DNA from: an uncultured Nitrososphaerota archaeon
Lineage (GTDB): Archaea > Thermoproteota > Nitrososphaeria > Nitrososphaerales > CADDZS01
NCBI GenBank assembly: GCA_963799845.1
Contig: CAWCYI010000004.1
Coordinates: forward strand, 864,001-928,000
Direction of reading: 5' to 3'
Length of the DNA stretch: 64,000 nt
Position 1 is the stretch's first letter. Each line of letters begins with the position of its first letter. Shown piece by piece: positions 30,431 through 40,912 of the stretch. Under the pieces are notes generated by a model. That model worked only from the letters and a program-made list of their open reading frames with translations. It was not told the origin of the DNA and made no database searches. A program made the position numbers and the translations under genes.

Positions 30431-31708
30431 ATGCATCTTTCCGAGCGTGAAATCCTGATTGGCAAGTACAAGCATGCGGCATACAAGCCTTGCTACTGGA
30501 CTGAGCAAAGCCTCAGAACAGGCGGCAGAAGACAGTGCTACAAGCACGACTTCGGGATAAAGAGCCATCAGTGCATCCAGTCAACTTCATTTCGAGGATG
30601 CAACATCGCATGCAGTTTCTGCTGGCGCGATGTAGAAGGCAGGCAGCATTCATTTCAAAAGCTGGATGAGCCCGTTGAAATTGCGGACCAGCTGATACTT
30701 GAACAAACCGCAATCATCGAACAGCATCTACCTTTTGCCCTTGATAATTACGATAATATGATCAAGGTAGTTCACGTGCTCGCGACAGATCGAGTTTCCC
30801 TTACGATACCGGAAATTGCCGAACGCGGAGGAATCTCCCGAGTGCGGGTGAAGGACGCCATAAACGATCTCAAGAACGCAGGAGTCATCAATGAAATCAG
30901 GAGAAAGCAGTTTGTAATTAGAAAAGATCTTGTCAGCTTGGCATCCGCATCTCTGGATTCTTCGAAAGACATCGTCGAGAAAATGGTTGCTTCGAAACAA
31001 GATATTGTTGATGTTCACGTGGAAGCCGCAAAGCCCAAGCACGTTGCGATCTCTTACGACGGGGAACCGACGATGTACCGCAGAATCGGAGAATTGATTC
31101 AAGAGTTTCGGAAAAGAGGAATCTCAACCTTTGTCGTGACGAACGGAACATTTCCGGAAAGGATCAAGGAGCTTCGGGAGACCGGGAATCAGCCGACACA
31201 ACTCTACGTGACGCTCGCGGCACCCGACAAAGAAACTTATGTCCGGGTCTGCTCGTCAGTAAAGCCATTCTTTCCTGTTAACGAGGATCATTGGGAGAGG
31301 CTTAATCTTACTCTTTCCATGCTCCCGTCACTGAAATGCAGGACTGTGATCAGAATTACCAGCGTCCGGGGGGTGAATATGATCAACCCCGAGGCATATC
31401 GCAAGATAATTCAGAGCTCCAGCCCAAGCTTTCTTGAAGTCAAAGGGTTTTCGATAAGTGGAAACGCGCCGAGGATCTCAGAGAGGCTTGGAGAAACCGA
31501 TCTCGGGTTCAAAGATCCGAGCCTGATGCAGCGAGCTCTGGCCTATGCGCCTACCCATGAGGAGATAGTTGCTTTCTCGAGAAAAATCTCGGATGATTAC
31601 ATGATATTTCCCCTGATTTTTCAGAGCGAGCTCAACCGCGATGTATTGATGAATGTCGCCTGGCACGATCCCAAAAATGTCGCGATAGATTTCCCTAATG
31701 AAATATGA
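30431..31708 (+). CDS. taw1: 4-demethylwyosine synthase (Taw1/TYW1 radical SAM) with an internal wHTH-like insertion
   Basis: H.A.K.C.WT, CYK..FGI.SH.C, CNIACSFCWR, PKHVAISYDGEPT, STFVVTNGT, PTQLYV, FLEVKG. Confidence 0.88.
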   Translation: MHLSEREILIGKYKHAAYKPCYWTEQSLRTGGRRQCYKHDFGIKSHQCIQSTSFRGCNIACSFCWRDVEGRQHSFQKLDEPVEIADQLILEQTAIIEQHLPFALDNYDNMIKVVHVLATDRVSLTIPEIAERGGISRVRVKDAINDLKNAGVINEIRRKQFVIRKDLVSLASASLDSSKDIVEKMVASKQDIVDVHVEAAKPKHVAISYDGEPTMYRRIGELIQEFRKRGISTFVVTNGTFPERIKELRETGNQPTQLYVTLAAPDKETYVRVCSSVKPFFPVNEDHWERLNLTLSMLPSLKCRTVIRITSVRGVNMINPEAYRKIIQSSSPSFLEVKGFSISGNAPRISERLGETDLGFKDPSLMQRALAYAPTHEEIVAFSRKISDDYMIFPLIFQSELNRDVLMNVAWHDPKNVAIDFPNEI

Positions 31709-31744
31709 TATACCGAATTTTGATCGGTGTCTTTGTGGGTGTAA

Positions 31745-32929
31745 TCAACCACCGTCTGGGGTCTTCGGAACTGTTTCGTCATCAGTTTCGGTGCTTTGAG
31801 GCGGCAGTGCGGCATTTTCCTGCTTTAGCGCTTTGTTTGCCTTGTCAAAGATGGCTTGCAGTTTTGATTTTCCAAGTGTCGCGGTTGTCTTCTCCTTGAT
31901 CAACCCCTTGGGTCGCCATAACAGAATAACAAGCAAGAGAACGCCAATCGCAATAGGTTCCAGCGAATTGATGTCAATCGGCAGAGAAATCCCATTGGCG
32001 AGTATGCAAGTTCGTGCCTGATCGATTGTAGTAGTTATTCCGACGAACACCGCTGTTCCAACTCCGACGCCTAAATTGTTCGCAGCTCCCCCCAGAATCA
32101 CTATTACAAACGGATAGAAAGTCCACATAGTCCTAGTGAAAGTGGTTGGTGAAATAGCAGGTTCCCAAAGCACCCACAATACTCCCGCAATTCCGCAGAG
32201 CGCTGATGAGATGATCAGAACATTGCGCCTAACCCCAACAGTGTCTTTGCCAATCGCCTCTGAAGAAATCTCGTTGTCACGAATTGCTCTCATCATCCTT
32301 CCGAGTGGAGATCTTGCCACCCTTTCAGAGTAAAAGTAGACTCCAGCCGCTGCCACAATCAAGATCGCAAGAACCACAACATCGCGCAGACCCTGCGTCG
32401 AAACAGCCCAAGAGACAGGGTCTGGTACGAGCAATCCTTCTGTACCGCCGGTTATAGGATAGTATGCCGTGACAAAGATAAGAAAGAACTGCCCAGCTGC
32501 GAGAAGAAGCATACCGAGGTAGTCTTCTCTAAGTCTGATCGCGGGAAACGAAGCTAGATATCCTATCACAGCGGCGACCCCGGCGCCGACAGCCAAGGAA
32601 AATAAAAGCAGCCCCAGGCCGAAATAAGGATGAGAAAGTATGTTTTGGTTAATATCTGTAGAAAATAGTGCTTGGGACGCTATGATATCCGAAGACTTTA
32701 GGTTCAAAACATACAGAGCAAGCCTGTAGGAAAGGGAGCCGGCAATCAAACCTCCGGCAGCCACAAAAAGAACCTTTCCAAAGTTCGGTATGCCAGTATA
32801 TCCAAATTCAAGATTTACTGTCAGGCTGACAATTAAGTAGAGACAGAATAGTATGCCAACTTCAATGAAAACCGAAACGAGATCGATATGAGTTGTACCG
32901 CAGCTGACGGTAAACGAAGGGATGGACAT
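31745..32929 (-). CDS. livM: Branched-chain amino acid ABC transporter permease (LivM-like)
   Basis: NLEFGYTGIPNFG, RLREDYLG, SPLGRMMRAIRDNE. Confidence 0.88.
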   Translation of the reverse strand: MSIPSFTVSCGTTHIDLVSVFIEVGILFCLYLIVSLTVNLEFGYTGIPNFGKVLFVAAGGLIAGSLSYRLALYVLNLKSSDIIASQALFSTDINQNILSHPYFGLGLLLFSLAVGAGVAAVIGYLASFPAIRLREDYLGMLLLAAGQFFLIFVTAYYPITGGTEGLLVPDPVSWAVSTQGLRDVVVLAILIVAAAGVYFYSERVARSPLGRMMRAIRDNEISSEAIGKDTVGVRRNVLIISSALCGIAGVLWVLWEPAISPTTFTRTMWTFYPFVIVILGGAANNLGVGVGTAVFVGITTTIDQARTCILANGISLPIDINSLEPIAIGVLLLVILLWRPKGLIKEKTTATLGKSKLQAIFDKANKALKQENAALPPQSTETDDETVPKTPDGG

Positions 32930-33908
32930 TTACAAAGTACCTCTTAGCTTTTTCCCAACTCTTCGCCAATTTACGCCTGTAAGTCCTCGTGGAGCCACAA
33001 GCAGAACTATGATCATAATGGCGAGAGGAATTCCTTTTTGAAAGTCGAGAACCTGAGAGCCTGCAGACGCACCGTAAAGAGCGCTAAAGAGCCTGTCTAA
33101 CAATACTGCGATATACGTTTCGCTGAAGCCTACAATTAGTCCACCGATTATTGCTCCGTAAATACTTCCTAGGCCCCCCAGCACGCTTCCTGCAAAAATG
33201 TCCACTATGATTAAAGACGATTGACCCTCCGGTGTTCCCGTAAATATTGCGGTCAGTCCTCCCGCAACCCCGGCTATCCCTCCTGCCAGAAACCATGAAA
33301 CTAGGTTAACCCGCTCTACATTGATTCCCACTGTTTTGGCGAGATTTGCATTTTCGATAGCTGCTCTCATCGCTACACCAAACTTTGATCGGGTAAGCAA
33401 GAGAAACAGACCAAATGAAACGAGCAACAGGACGGCTGGAGCTATGAATAGCAACCCAGGATATCCAAAGATACGAATATCCGGTAGCTGTTGAAGGCTG
33501 TAGAATTGACCCCCGTATCCTTTGTCATCCAGAATTCTCCCGTATTTGCTTCCCATGTACTCTGCGAACAAATCGAAAAGTCCCGAAAAAACAATGTCAA
33601 CAGCAAGAGTTGCGATCATAAGCACAACCAGTGAAGAACCACGACGAATCAATGGCCGCAAAACTATGAGGTACATCACGACGGCAACTGCTGCCCCGAA
33701 GATCAACCCCAACGGTGTAGTCAGATAGGGACTTGGCGCATCCCAAAGAATGTAGGAAGCCGATGATGCATAAATCCCCACGACGACGAAATCAGCCACA
33801 GCAAAATTTGGAACTTTGGTAGTGAGATATGTAGCTGTCAGTCCGACGCACATCAATCCCACGAGCGATCCGTAGATGATTGATTCTGTGATTGTCGGGT
33901 CGAGCATC
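32930..33908 (-). CDS. livH: Branched-chain amino acid ABC transporter permease (LivH-like)
   Basis: GLTATY..PNFA, SKFGVAMRAAIEN, GGLGSIYGA; likely start MLDPTITES at 33908. Confidence 0.88.
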
Positions 33909-33969
33909 CAGTTCTTCTCATGGCGAAGGTAAGAATAGTTAAATAGTTTCTCATAGCTGACCCTCAAAT

Positions 33970-35379
33970 ATGGTTAGAATAAATCGAAGACGTACGGGCG
34001 TCTCCACAGTGGTTGCTGCCGTCCTTTTAATTGTAGGATTGGTGGTGGGCGCGGGTGTAGGGCTTGCTGCGTCATCTAGCAAAGTTACGACGTCAACACA
34101 AACGACAACAATTACTGGATCTGGTAGCGCACCAGCAACGACAACAGTGACATCTCCCGGGACAACGGTCACGGTCAGTGGTTCAGGTTCGAGCAGTAGC
34201 GGCCTTTCAGGGATTGTTACAATCGGAGTCCTCGATGACCTGACGGATGGATTGTCAGGTGAAGGGCTTAAGATAAACTTCACAGTGCATCAGGCAGTGA
34301 ATGACATTAACGCATATTTGCAAAATACTAGTTGGGCGGGCAAAGTAAGCTTCAACGTAGCAGTAGAAGACTATGCGTTGGACAACACAAAGGCAACGAA
34401 CATCATGAACACTTTCAAGTCAGATGGAATTGCGGTTACTGTCGGACCCCTAAACAGCGGATCGGCACAAGCGATACTCAGTTTGGCTGATTCGGATCAA
34501 ATTGTCATGATCAGTCCATCGTCAACATCTGCGGCTCTCGCAATCCCGAACGATTATCTTTTCAGGACTGCGCCAACGGACAATGTACAGGGCATGGCAG
34601 ACGCGGCAATGATGTGGCAGAATGGAGTGAGGTACCTGATACAAGTTTACCGACAGGATACCTATGGTAGCGGCCTCGCCAATTTCACTGCAGCGGATTT
34701 CAAAGCCCTTGGCGGAACTATAGTGGATAGCGTACCTTACGATACAACCACAACAAACTTCGCGCCAACTCTAGCGACTCTGAATACCGACTGGGCGACT
34801 GGAGTAAGTGATGCAAAAGGCAACAACAATTCAGTAGCTATTCAGATGGTAGCCTTCGATGAAGGTGCGACGTTGCTACAGCAAGCAAGCACGAGTTATC
34901 CCACTCTACTAAAGACTCCACAGCCATGGTATGGAACCGACGGAGTAGAAGGAGAGTCAGTTTTCACAAACTCGACTATTGCCTCCACAATACAAGCTGT
35001 GAGGCTCCCCTCAACGGTATTCGGCTACACCAACAGCAGCAAAACACAGGTACTATGTACACAACTATTCAAGGCAACTAGTCAGACTTGTGATTCCTAT
35101 CCGATAGGAGCATACGATGATGTTTGGATCGCGGCTCTCTCAATACTGGAATGTGGCTCCAACACTGGCTCCTGCATTCAAAAAGTACTGCCGAGCGTTG
35201 CTGACAACTACTACGGAGTTAGCGGATGGACGGAGCTGAACGCAGCAGGTGACAGAGCTATCTCTGACTACCTGATCTACTGCATCACTGGCCCCGCAAG
35301 CAATCTCGCTTGGACCGTCTGCGGATCGTGGTCGTACCAGACAGACACGGTAACTTGGACGAACAAACCTTCAACGTAA
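33970..35379 (+). CDS. Branched-chain amino acid ABC substrate-binding protein with class III-like signal peptide
   Basis: RRRTG|VSTVVAAVLLIVG, Ser/Thr linker, VGPLNSG, ISPSSTS..L, FRTAPTD..QG, YDDVW. Confidence 0.9.
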   Translation: MVRINRRRTGVSTVVAAVLLIVGLVVGAGVGLAASSSKVTTSTQTTTITGSGSAPATTTVTSPGTTVTVSGSGSSSSGLSGIVTIGVLDDLTDGLSGEGLKINFTVHQAVNDINAYLQNTSWAGKVSFNVAVEDYALDNTKATNIMNTFKSDGIAVTVGPLNSGSAQAILSLADSDQIVMISPSSTSAALAIPNDYLFRTAPTDNVQGMADAAMMWQNGVRYLIQVYRQDTYGSGLANFTAADFKALGGTIVDSVPYDTTTTNFAPTLATLNTDWATGVSDAKGNNNSVAIQMVAFDEGATLLQQASTSYPTLLKTPQPWYGTDGVEGESVFTNSTIASTIQAVRLPSTVFGYTNSSKTQVLCTQLFKATSQTCDSYPIGAYDDVWIAALSILECGSNTGSCIQKVLPSVADNYYGVSGWTELNAAGDRAISDYLIYCITGPASNLAWTVCGSWSYQTDTVTWTNKPST

Positions 35380-35380
35380 A

Positions 35381-35421
35381 AGGAGTTTAGGGAAACTCCT
35401 CCCCCTTCTCTTTTTTTGTTT
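35381..35421 (+). terminator. Hairpin plus T-tract after the substrate-binding gene
   Basis: AGGAGTTT..AAACTCCT stem followed by CCCCCTTCTCTTTTTTTGTTT. Confidence 0.55.
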
Positions 35422-35444
35422 AATTACCTGTTTTCTTCCGTGTT

Positions 35445-36212
35445 TTGAGAAACATGGGTCTTGCCTTAGAGGTTAAGGACGTACGTAAGTCCTTTGGAAA
35501 CCTGCACGCTCTCGACGACGTTTCACTAGGTGCTGAAGAGAAATCACTTACGATTCTAATGGGCCCCAATGGCTCGGGAAAGACGACCCTGATCAACGTG
35601 ATAGGTGGATTGTACAAGCCCGATTCTGGAACTGTATTCTTTCGCGGAAAGGAAATTACTGGTCTTCCACCTCACAAGATATTCAAACTTGGGCTTGCTC
35701 GTACATTTCAAATTCCTGCACTATTTCCTAACCTCACTGTTCTTGAGAACGTGATGGTTGCTAAGAAGGATAACCCGGGCGAAAGTTTCGCCAGATCCCT
35801 TTCGAAAAGATTTTGGGCGAAAGAGGAAACAAAAACTGCGGAAGAGGGTTTCGAAGTCCTAGCCATGGTCGGCTTGTCGCATATGTGGGACAAGCTCGCG
35901 GCAGTTTTAAGCGGAGGGCAATTGAAGCTCTTGGAAATAGGGAGAGCTTTGATTAGCGATGCAAGCGTGATCCTTCTCGATGAACCAATCTCCGGAGTAA
36001 ACCCAACGCTTGCTCATCAAATCTTTTCAACATTAGTGAAAATTAGAGATAATTACGGAGTCACATTTCTGATAGTCGAACACAGGCTCGACATAGCCCT
36101 AAGTTATGTTGATTCAGTTATCGTAATGGCGTACGGAAAATTCTTGACCTCGGGAACGCCGCAGGAAGTGACCTCGGACATCAGGGTTATTGACGCCTAT
36201 CTGGGCGGTTGA
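35445..36212 (+). CDS. livG: Branched-chain amino acid ABC ATP-binding protein (LivG-like)
   Basis: GPNGSGKTT, ARTFQ, LSGGQLKLLEIGRAL, LLDEP, DAYLG. Confidence 0.9.
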   Translation: MRNMGLALEVKDVRKSFGNLHALDDVSLGAEEKSLTILMGPNGSGKTTLINVIGGLYKPDSGTVFFRGKEITGLPPHKIFKLGLARTFQIPALFPNLTVLENVMVAKKDNPGESFARSLSKRFWAKEETKTAEEGFEVLAMVGLSHMWDKLAAVLSGGQLKLLEIGRALISDASVILLDEPISGVNPTLAHQIFSTLVKIRDNYGVTFLIVEHRLDIALSYVDSVIVMAYGKFLTSGTPQEVTSDIRVIDAYLGG

Positions 36213-36232
36213 ACGAAGGTTTTCAATAAAAC

Positions 36233-36973
36233 TTGCTTTCAGTCGAAACAGTTTCTGCCGGTTATGGCAGACTCCAGGTTCTCTACGATATCTCGATGCA
36301 GGCTGCCGAAAAGGAAATCACTGTAATAGTTGGACCGAATGGGTCGGGGAAAAGCACTCTCCTGAAAACAATAGCTGGGCTTACATCAATCTACAGTGGC
36401 AGTGTTTCTCTCGATGGAAACAAGATTTCCGGTCTGCCTGCGCATGAGATCGCAAAGCGAGGATTGGCCTATCTTCCTCAGACTGAAAGTGTGTTTACTC
36501 AGCTGACTGTTGCAGAGAATTTCAAGATGGCCGGTTATACTGTTCCAGACGCAGAATTTGATTCACGGCTGAAAACTGGAATGGACATGTTCCCGCAGTT
36601 ATCGAATTATCTAAAGTCCAAAGCTCAGAATCTGAGCGGCGGCGAAAGGCAGATGGTAGCGATGACGATGGCGTTGATACGCAAGCCTAAGGTAATCATG
36701 TTTGATGAGCCCACGGCCAACCTATCGCCTAAACTTGCGACCGAAGTCCTCAGAAAAATAGCGGATCTACCCTCAGCCCTCGGGCTTACAGTACTCCTAG
36801 TGGAACAGAATGCGAAGAAAGCTCTTGAGATCGGCAATAAGGCGTACCTGCTTGTCAGCGGGAAAAAGGTCTTTGACGGCTCTGCAAGGGAGCTGCTCGA
36901 ACACGAAGAGCTTTCCCGCATGTACCTCGGCCTAAAAACAACTGGAGCAAATCAATCCCGGTCTTCAAAGTAA
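36233..36973 (+). CDS. livF: Branched-chain amino acid ABC ATP-binding protein (LivF-like)
   Basis: GPNGSGKST, LSGGERQMVA, LLVEQNA, MYLG. Confidence 0.9.
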   Translation: MLSVETVSAGYGRLQVLYDISMQAAEKEITVIVGPNGSGKSTLLKTIAGLTSIYSGSVSLDGNKISGLPAHEIAKRGLAYLPQTESVFTQLTVAENFKMAGYTVPDAEFDSRLKTGMDMFPQLSNYLKSKAQNLSGGERQMVAMTMALIRKPKVIMFDEPTANLSPKLATEVLRKIADLPSALGLTVLLVEQNAKKALEIGNKAYLLVSGKKVFDGSARELLEHEELSRMYLGLKTTGANQSRSSK

Positions 36974-36989
36974 ATCAAGCTTTTCCAAG

Positions 36990-38015
36990 CTAAGAAAAAT
37001 CTACACTTGTTCCCACGTTGTTTTTGACAGCATTTCGATAGGCTAGCGAAGCTGCCGCGCAATCCTGAATGCCCAACCCAACCGATTTGAACAACGTAAT
37101 TTCTTCAGGGGATTTTCTGCCCTGCACTGATCCGAGAATTACCTCTCCGAGATTGCCGAGGATTCTATCTTTTGAAAAGGCGCCTTCCTTAATCGGAATT
37201 AGCAGGTCTCCGGCTTCCTCCAGCGCCGCCTCTTGCAAATCCACGTAAACTTTGGAACGGACAACTGTTTGAGTGTCGATCTCCCTTTCCAACGGTTTGT
37301 AGTTCCCGAAGGCGCTAAGATGAGTCCCAAGCTTAATTTCGCTTCCATCAAATAGAGGATCTTTCGAAGGCGTGACGGTGGTAATGATGTCGGAGAGCTT
37401 TACCACAGAACTTGGAGTGTCGGCGACCTCGACGGATATTTTCAACACATCACTCATTTCATCCGCATAATTCTTGGCTCGCGCCCTAACATTGTCGTAG
37501 ACAACCGCTCGGTCAATTGATCTAACTTCCACGAGCGCCCTGAGCTGCGTCCGCGCTTGAACGCCAGCCCCAAAAATACCTGCAACGTGCGAATCGGTTC
37601 GTGATAGATACTTTGCAGCAAGCCCCCCCAACCCTCCCGTTCTCATAGCTGTAATCGATGCGCCGTCCATGATCGAAAGCACCTGACCGGTCTTCGGATC
37701 GTTTAGCACGATTGTACCTATTATCGCGGGAAGGCCTCTTTCCAGATTTCCGTTGTAGAGTGTGACTATTTTTGTCGTAAAAGAATTCAAACTCGGAAGA
37801 TAAGCTGGCATGATTCCTATCCAGCCTCCTTCCCGCGCGAGAGTTACCGTTGACCTAGCAATGGGCATCGTCTTGCCTGAAGCTTGGTCTTTGAACGCCG
37901 TCTCAAGCTCGGAAATCATTTCAGACATGGTCAAAACTTGATCCAGATTGGATTTAGAAAGAATCAAGACCAAAGAATTGCTCGCTCGGCAAGTTTCGAC
38001 TGTGGTCTTTTTCAA
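36990..38015 (-). CDS. Ornithine cyclodeaminase/mu-crystallin family (archaeal alanine dehydrogenase-like)
   Basis: IMPAY, KIVT..N..GLP, ITAMRTG, GAGVQA, LFKSVGLGIQD; the true start is probably about 15 codons downstream of 38015. Confidence 0.9.
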   Translation of the reverse strand: MKKTTVETCRASNSLVLILSKSNLDQVLTMSEMISELETAFKDQASGKTMPIARSTVTLAREGGWIGIMPAYLPSLNSFTTKIVTLYNGNLERGLPAIIGTIVLNDPKTGQVLSIMDGASITAMRTGGLGGLAAKYLSRTDSHVAGIFGAGVQARTQLRALVEVRSIDRAVVYDNVRARAKNYADEMSDVLKISVEVADTPSSVVKLSDIITTVTPSKDPLFDGSEIKLGTHLSAFGNYKPLEREIDTQTVVRSKVYVDLQEAALEEAGDLLIPIKEGAFSKDRILGNLGEVILGSVQGRKSPEEITLFKSVGLGIQDCAAASLAYRNAVKNNVGTSVDFS

Positions 38016-38098
38016 GCATTCTAAGTGATTTCAGTCTCTCCCAATTTTGGGACATTCCTTACAATGAATTCGAAACGATTGTCTTAATTCCTTACAAA

Positions 38099-39104
38099 TT
38101 ACTGATCAAGATGTTCACGGATTAACGGTTCCAGAAGATTCAATCTCGCGGCAGATGCGTTTCCGTCCTTTACTGTATCTACTGAGAAAATGGGTATGAC
38201 CGTTGGTGGCAAAGTGAGAATTTTTTCTTGAATTTTTTCAATGTCTCCGACAAGTGACAAATCGTCGATGAGATCGTTGTCTACTGAATCAGCAGCGGCT
38301 CTGCTTCCGCCTTCGGCATGCGCTTTCTGAATCTTCTTTACGCTATCTTCGAACCCCAGTTTCGAGAGATTCGTGGCATAATAGCGACCCATGGAGCCCA
38401 CGTAGAAGGCAATATTTTTTGCAATTTCAATTCTTGCTTTCCTTGTTTCCTCGGAGTTCAGAGTAATTTTCAGCGGGATGTATGCGAAAAGTTTCTTCTC
38501 TTTTCCGCTCGAATCTGATCGTCTCACTATATCCAGCGCGTGCGAAATTTTCGAAAGCGGATACATAGTAACTATCGCGCCGTCCGAGATGCGGGCAGCA
38601 ACTGACAAGTTTCGATCGCCAATTGCTCCGATGTATATTTCCTGGTCGGTGCTTCGAGGCTTTGTGTAAAGTCTGAATCCGGATAGTCTCAGAACTTCTC
38701 CCGAGTATTCCAAATCATCGCCGCGAGCGACGCGCCTAATGATTTCGACGTATTCCTTGGTTCTCTGCAATGGTTTCGTAAAACTAGACCCGTGCCAGTT
38801 CTCGACCACAGTTTTCCCGCTTGATCCTAATCCCAAAAGAAATCTATCTGGAGCAATCTGGTCGAGTGTGGCACATGCCATACCGATTAGCGCGGCGGAT
38901 CTAGAATAGATATTAACCACTCCTACGCCAATCTTAACTCTCTCAGTAATGCCGAGCAAGTAGCCGGCGGTCGATATAGACTTCTAGGCCCCAGGCTTCT
39001 GTCAGCCAGAGATACTCGAATCCGTAATTGTCGGCTTCACGAGCAATCGACCTGGTGAAATCTATGGTCGCTCCTCGCCAATTGATGCAAGCGCCGAACT
39101 TCAT
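38099..39104 (-). CDS. LLM-class flavin/F420-dependent oxidoreductase, frameshift at about 38980
   Basis: ATG at 39104: MKFGACIN..EADNYGFEYLWLTEAWG joins ITERVKIGVGVVNIYSRS..RFLLGLGSS. Confidence 0.85.
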
Positions 39105-39194
39105 TCTAGAAACGAGCCGTTCCCTATGAACGAGCCCGAATCATAAAACCATGATGTTTTATGCGAGTGTTTAACCTACGCCGTTTCCGCCTCG

Positions 39195-39821
39195 TCAGCT
39201 CTCAGGCTCGTCTGGAACGTCCGGGAATTTCGCTCTCATACGTTGCTCGACTATCGTGCTCGCTTCCTCGATTACCCTCTCGGCTTCCTCGTTGTTCACC
39301 TCAAATGAAAGCTGCCCTCCATCGAGCTGACCTGCATCCACGAGAATGCCGGAGAGAAGGCCCGAGATCTCACCGATTTCTCTCTCAGCGTCAGGAATGA
39401 CATTAACAAGTCCAGGCTGGACGCCCTTGATCGCGCTTATGGCGGGTGCGAGAGTGTTTGCAATATCCCCAAGTTCTTGTACTGTGCTCAAGCGAAGGTT
39501 GAGCTGTTCCAGAGCAAGTCTGGCCTGTGTGACTACGTTGTTCATCTTCCGAACTTCTGAGAGCTCGTTTGCAAGCATGCTCGCACGTGTGTCGTCATTT
39601 TTCTGCATCGATGAGACGACCTTTGAAAATAGTGAAGCGTCTTTTTCTCTCAACTTCGCTCCCAGCTGTTCCAGTTTTACTACCTGAATTTGGATCTGTC
39701 TTGAGGCCATCTCGAGCTTGGGCCTCAGCGGCTCTGCTGATCTCAAACCACCTGTCAATCGTGAACCTAATCCATCTGAGTCTTTTGAGGGCTTTTGCCA
39801 CTTTTCAGAGAACTTTACCAA
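39195..39821 (-). CDS. cdvB: ESCRT-III/Snf7 protein (CdvB paralog lacking the C-terminal wH extension)
   Basis: RASMLANELSEVRKM..ARLALEQLNLRLSTVQELGDI..LAPA..PDAEREIGEI..FPDVP, typical of thaumarchaeal/crenarchaeal CdvB1/2. Confidence 0.88.
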   Translation of the reverse strand: MVKFSEKWQKPSKDSDGLGSRLTGGLRSAEPLRPKLEMASRQIQIQVVKLEQLGAKLREKDASLFSKVVSSMQKNDDTRASMLANELSEVRKMNNVVTQARLALEQLNLRLSTVQELGDIANTLAPAISAIKGVQPGLVNVIPDAEREIGEISGLLSGILVDAGQLDGGQLSFEVNNEEAERVIEEASTIVEQRMRAKFPDVPDEPES

Positions 39822-40166
39822 ACAGATCTACCACTAAACTCCAGTACTACAGGCACAGTTTGATAGCTCGCATAAGGCCCCGTGTTAAGAAGAATTTACT
39901 CTTGGAACGAAAAATATTTGACTCAGGCGATTCTTCTGAGGCGTACTCACTAGCGGCCAATTCGTCGAACACATGCGGCTATTTGGATGAAACTTTCGTA
40001 CAAATCTAACTAGCAAGCTCCCTTCATCCGAAGGGGAGCATATTTCATTCGATCTGATGGACTACTACTGGAATAGTAATAAATTTCTCTTATCGACTAT
40101 TTTTGAGCATAGTTTACTTGGCAATTTCGAATAATGCCTATATGCCAGATAGAAGCTTAGAATCCC

Positions 40167-40631
40167 ATGCGACTCAAGGAAAACGACATGGCTCCTGTCT
40201 TCGAATCGTTTACAGAGACCGGTGAAAAATTTTCACTAGGAGATTTGCTCGGCAAGACAAATATCGTCCTCTATTTCTATCCGAAGGATTTTACGATGGG
40301 ATGTACAAAAGAGGCGTGTGCATTTCGAGACAATTGGAACAAGGTGATTTCTTTGGGCGCCACGATTATCGGAGTGAGCTCCGATTCTCCCGAAACGCAT
40401 TCCAGATTCAAGAAGGAGCATTCGCTGCAGTTTACATTGTTGAGCGATCAGAATAAAGATATCAGAAAACTGTACGGCATCGATGGCATGTTCATCCCGC
40501 CAAGAACCACCTTCGTAATTGACAAGCGAGGAAAGATCCGCCACATTTTCAATTCCCAGCTTAACGTTACAAAGCACGTCGAAGAAGCCCTTGCAACCCT
40601 TGACAGCATCTCAAAGGAAGTTCATGTCTAA
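40167..40631 (+). CDS. bcp: Peroxiredoxin (BCP/PrxQ)
   Basis: VLYFYPKDFTMGCTKEACAFRD. Confidence 0.93.
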   Translation: MRLKENDMAPVFESFTETGEKFSLGDLLGKTNIVLYFYPKDFTMGCTKEACAFRDNWNKVISLGATIIGVSSDSPETHSRFKKEHSLQFTLLSDQNKDIRKLYGIDGMFIPPRTTFVIDKRGKIRHIFNSQLNVTKHVEEALATLDSISKEVHV

Positions 40632-40912
40632 TGGCGAAAAGCAGGGGAGTCTTGGTTGCCATCATGTTTTTCTTCGGAGCAATCTTTGCGCTGTCAGGAC
40701 TAGTATTCACGCTTCAAGGCGAAGGTATTGTAGGTCCTGCGAGCAGTTTCATGTATCAAAGCCAGACATGGATTTATCAAGGAATAGGAGTTCTTGCGTT
40801 GGGATTAATAGTGCTGGGGCTAGCATTTCTCTTCCGTAAGAGTACAAACTCCAACTCGATTCCTGTTGGGGATCGATCGGCGGAAAATCAGAAGAATACG
40901 CCCAATGCCTAA
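40631..40912 (+). CDS. Small 2-TM membrane protein
   Basis: FTLQGEGIVGP.SSFMY...W motif between two TM helices; translationally coupled to bcp. Confidence 0.7.
   Translation: MAKSRGVLVAIMFFFGAIFALSGLVFTLQGEGIVGPASSFMYQSQTWIYQGIGVLALGLIVLGLAFLFRKSTNSNSIPVGDRSAENQKNTPNA

Noticed and set aside
40017-40039. Hairpin GCTCCCTTC-ATCC-GAAGGGGAGC between cdvB and bcp
   Set aside because: A single isolated imperfect stem; not enough to call an ncRNA or a mobile-element end.
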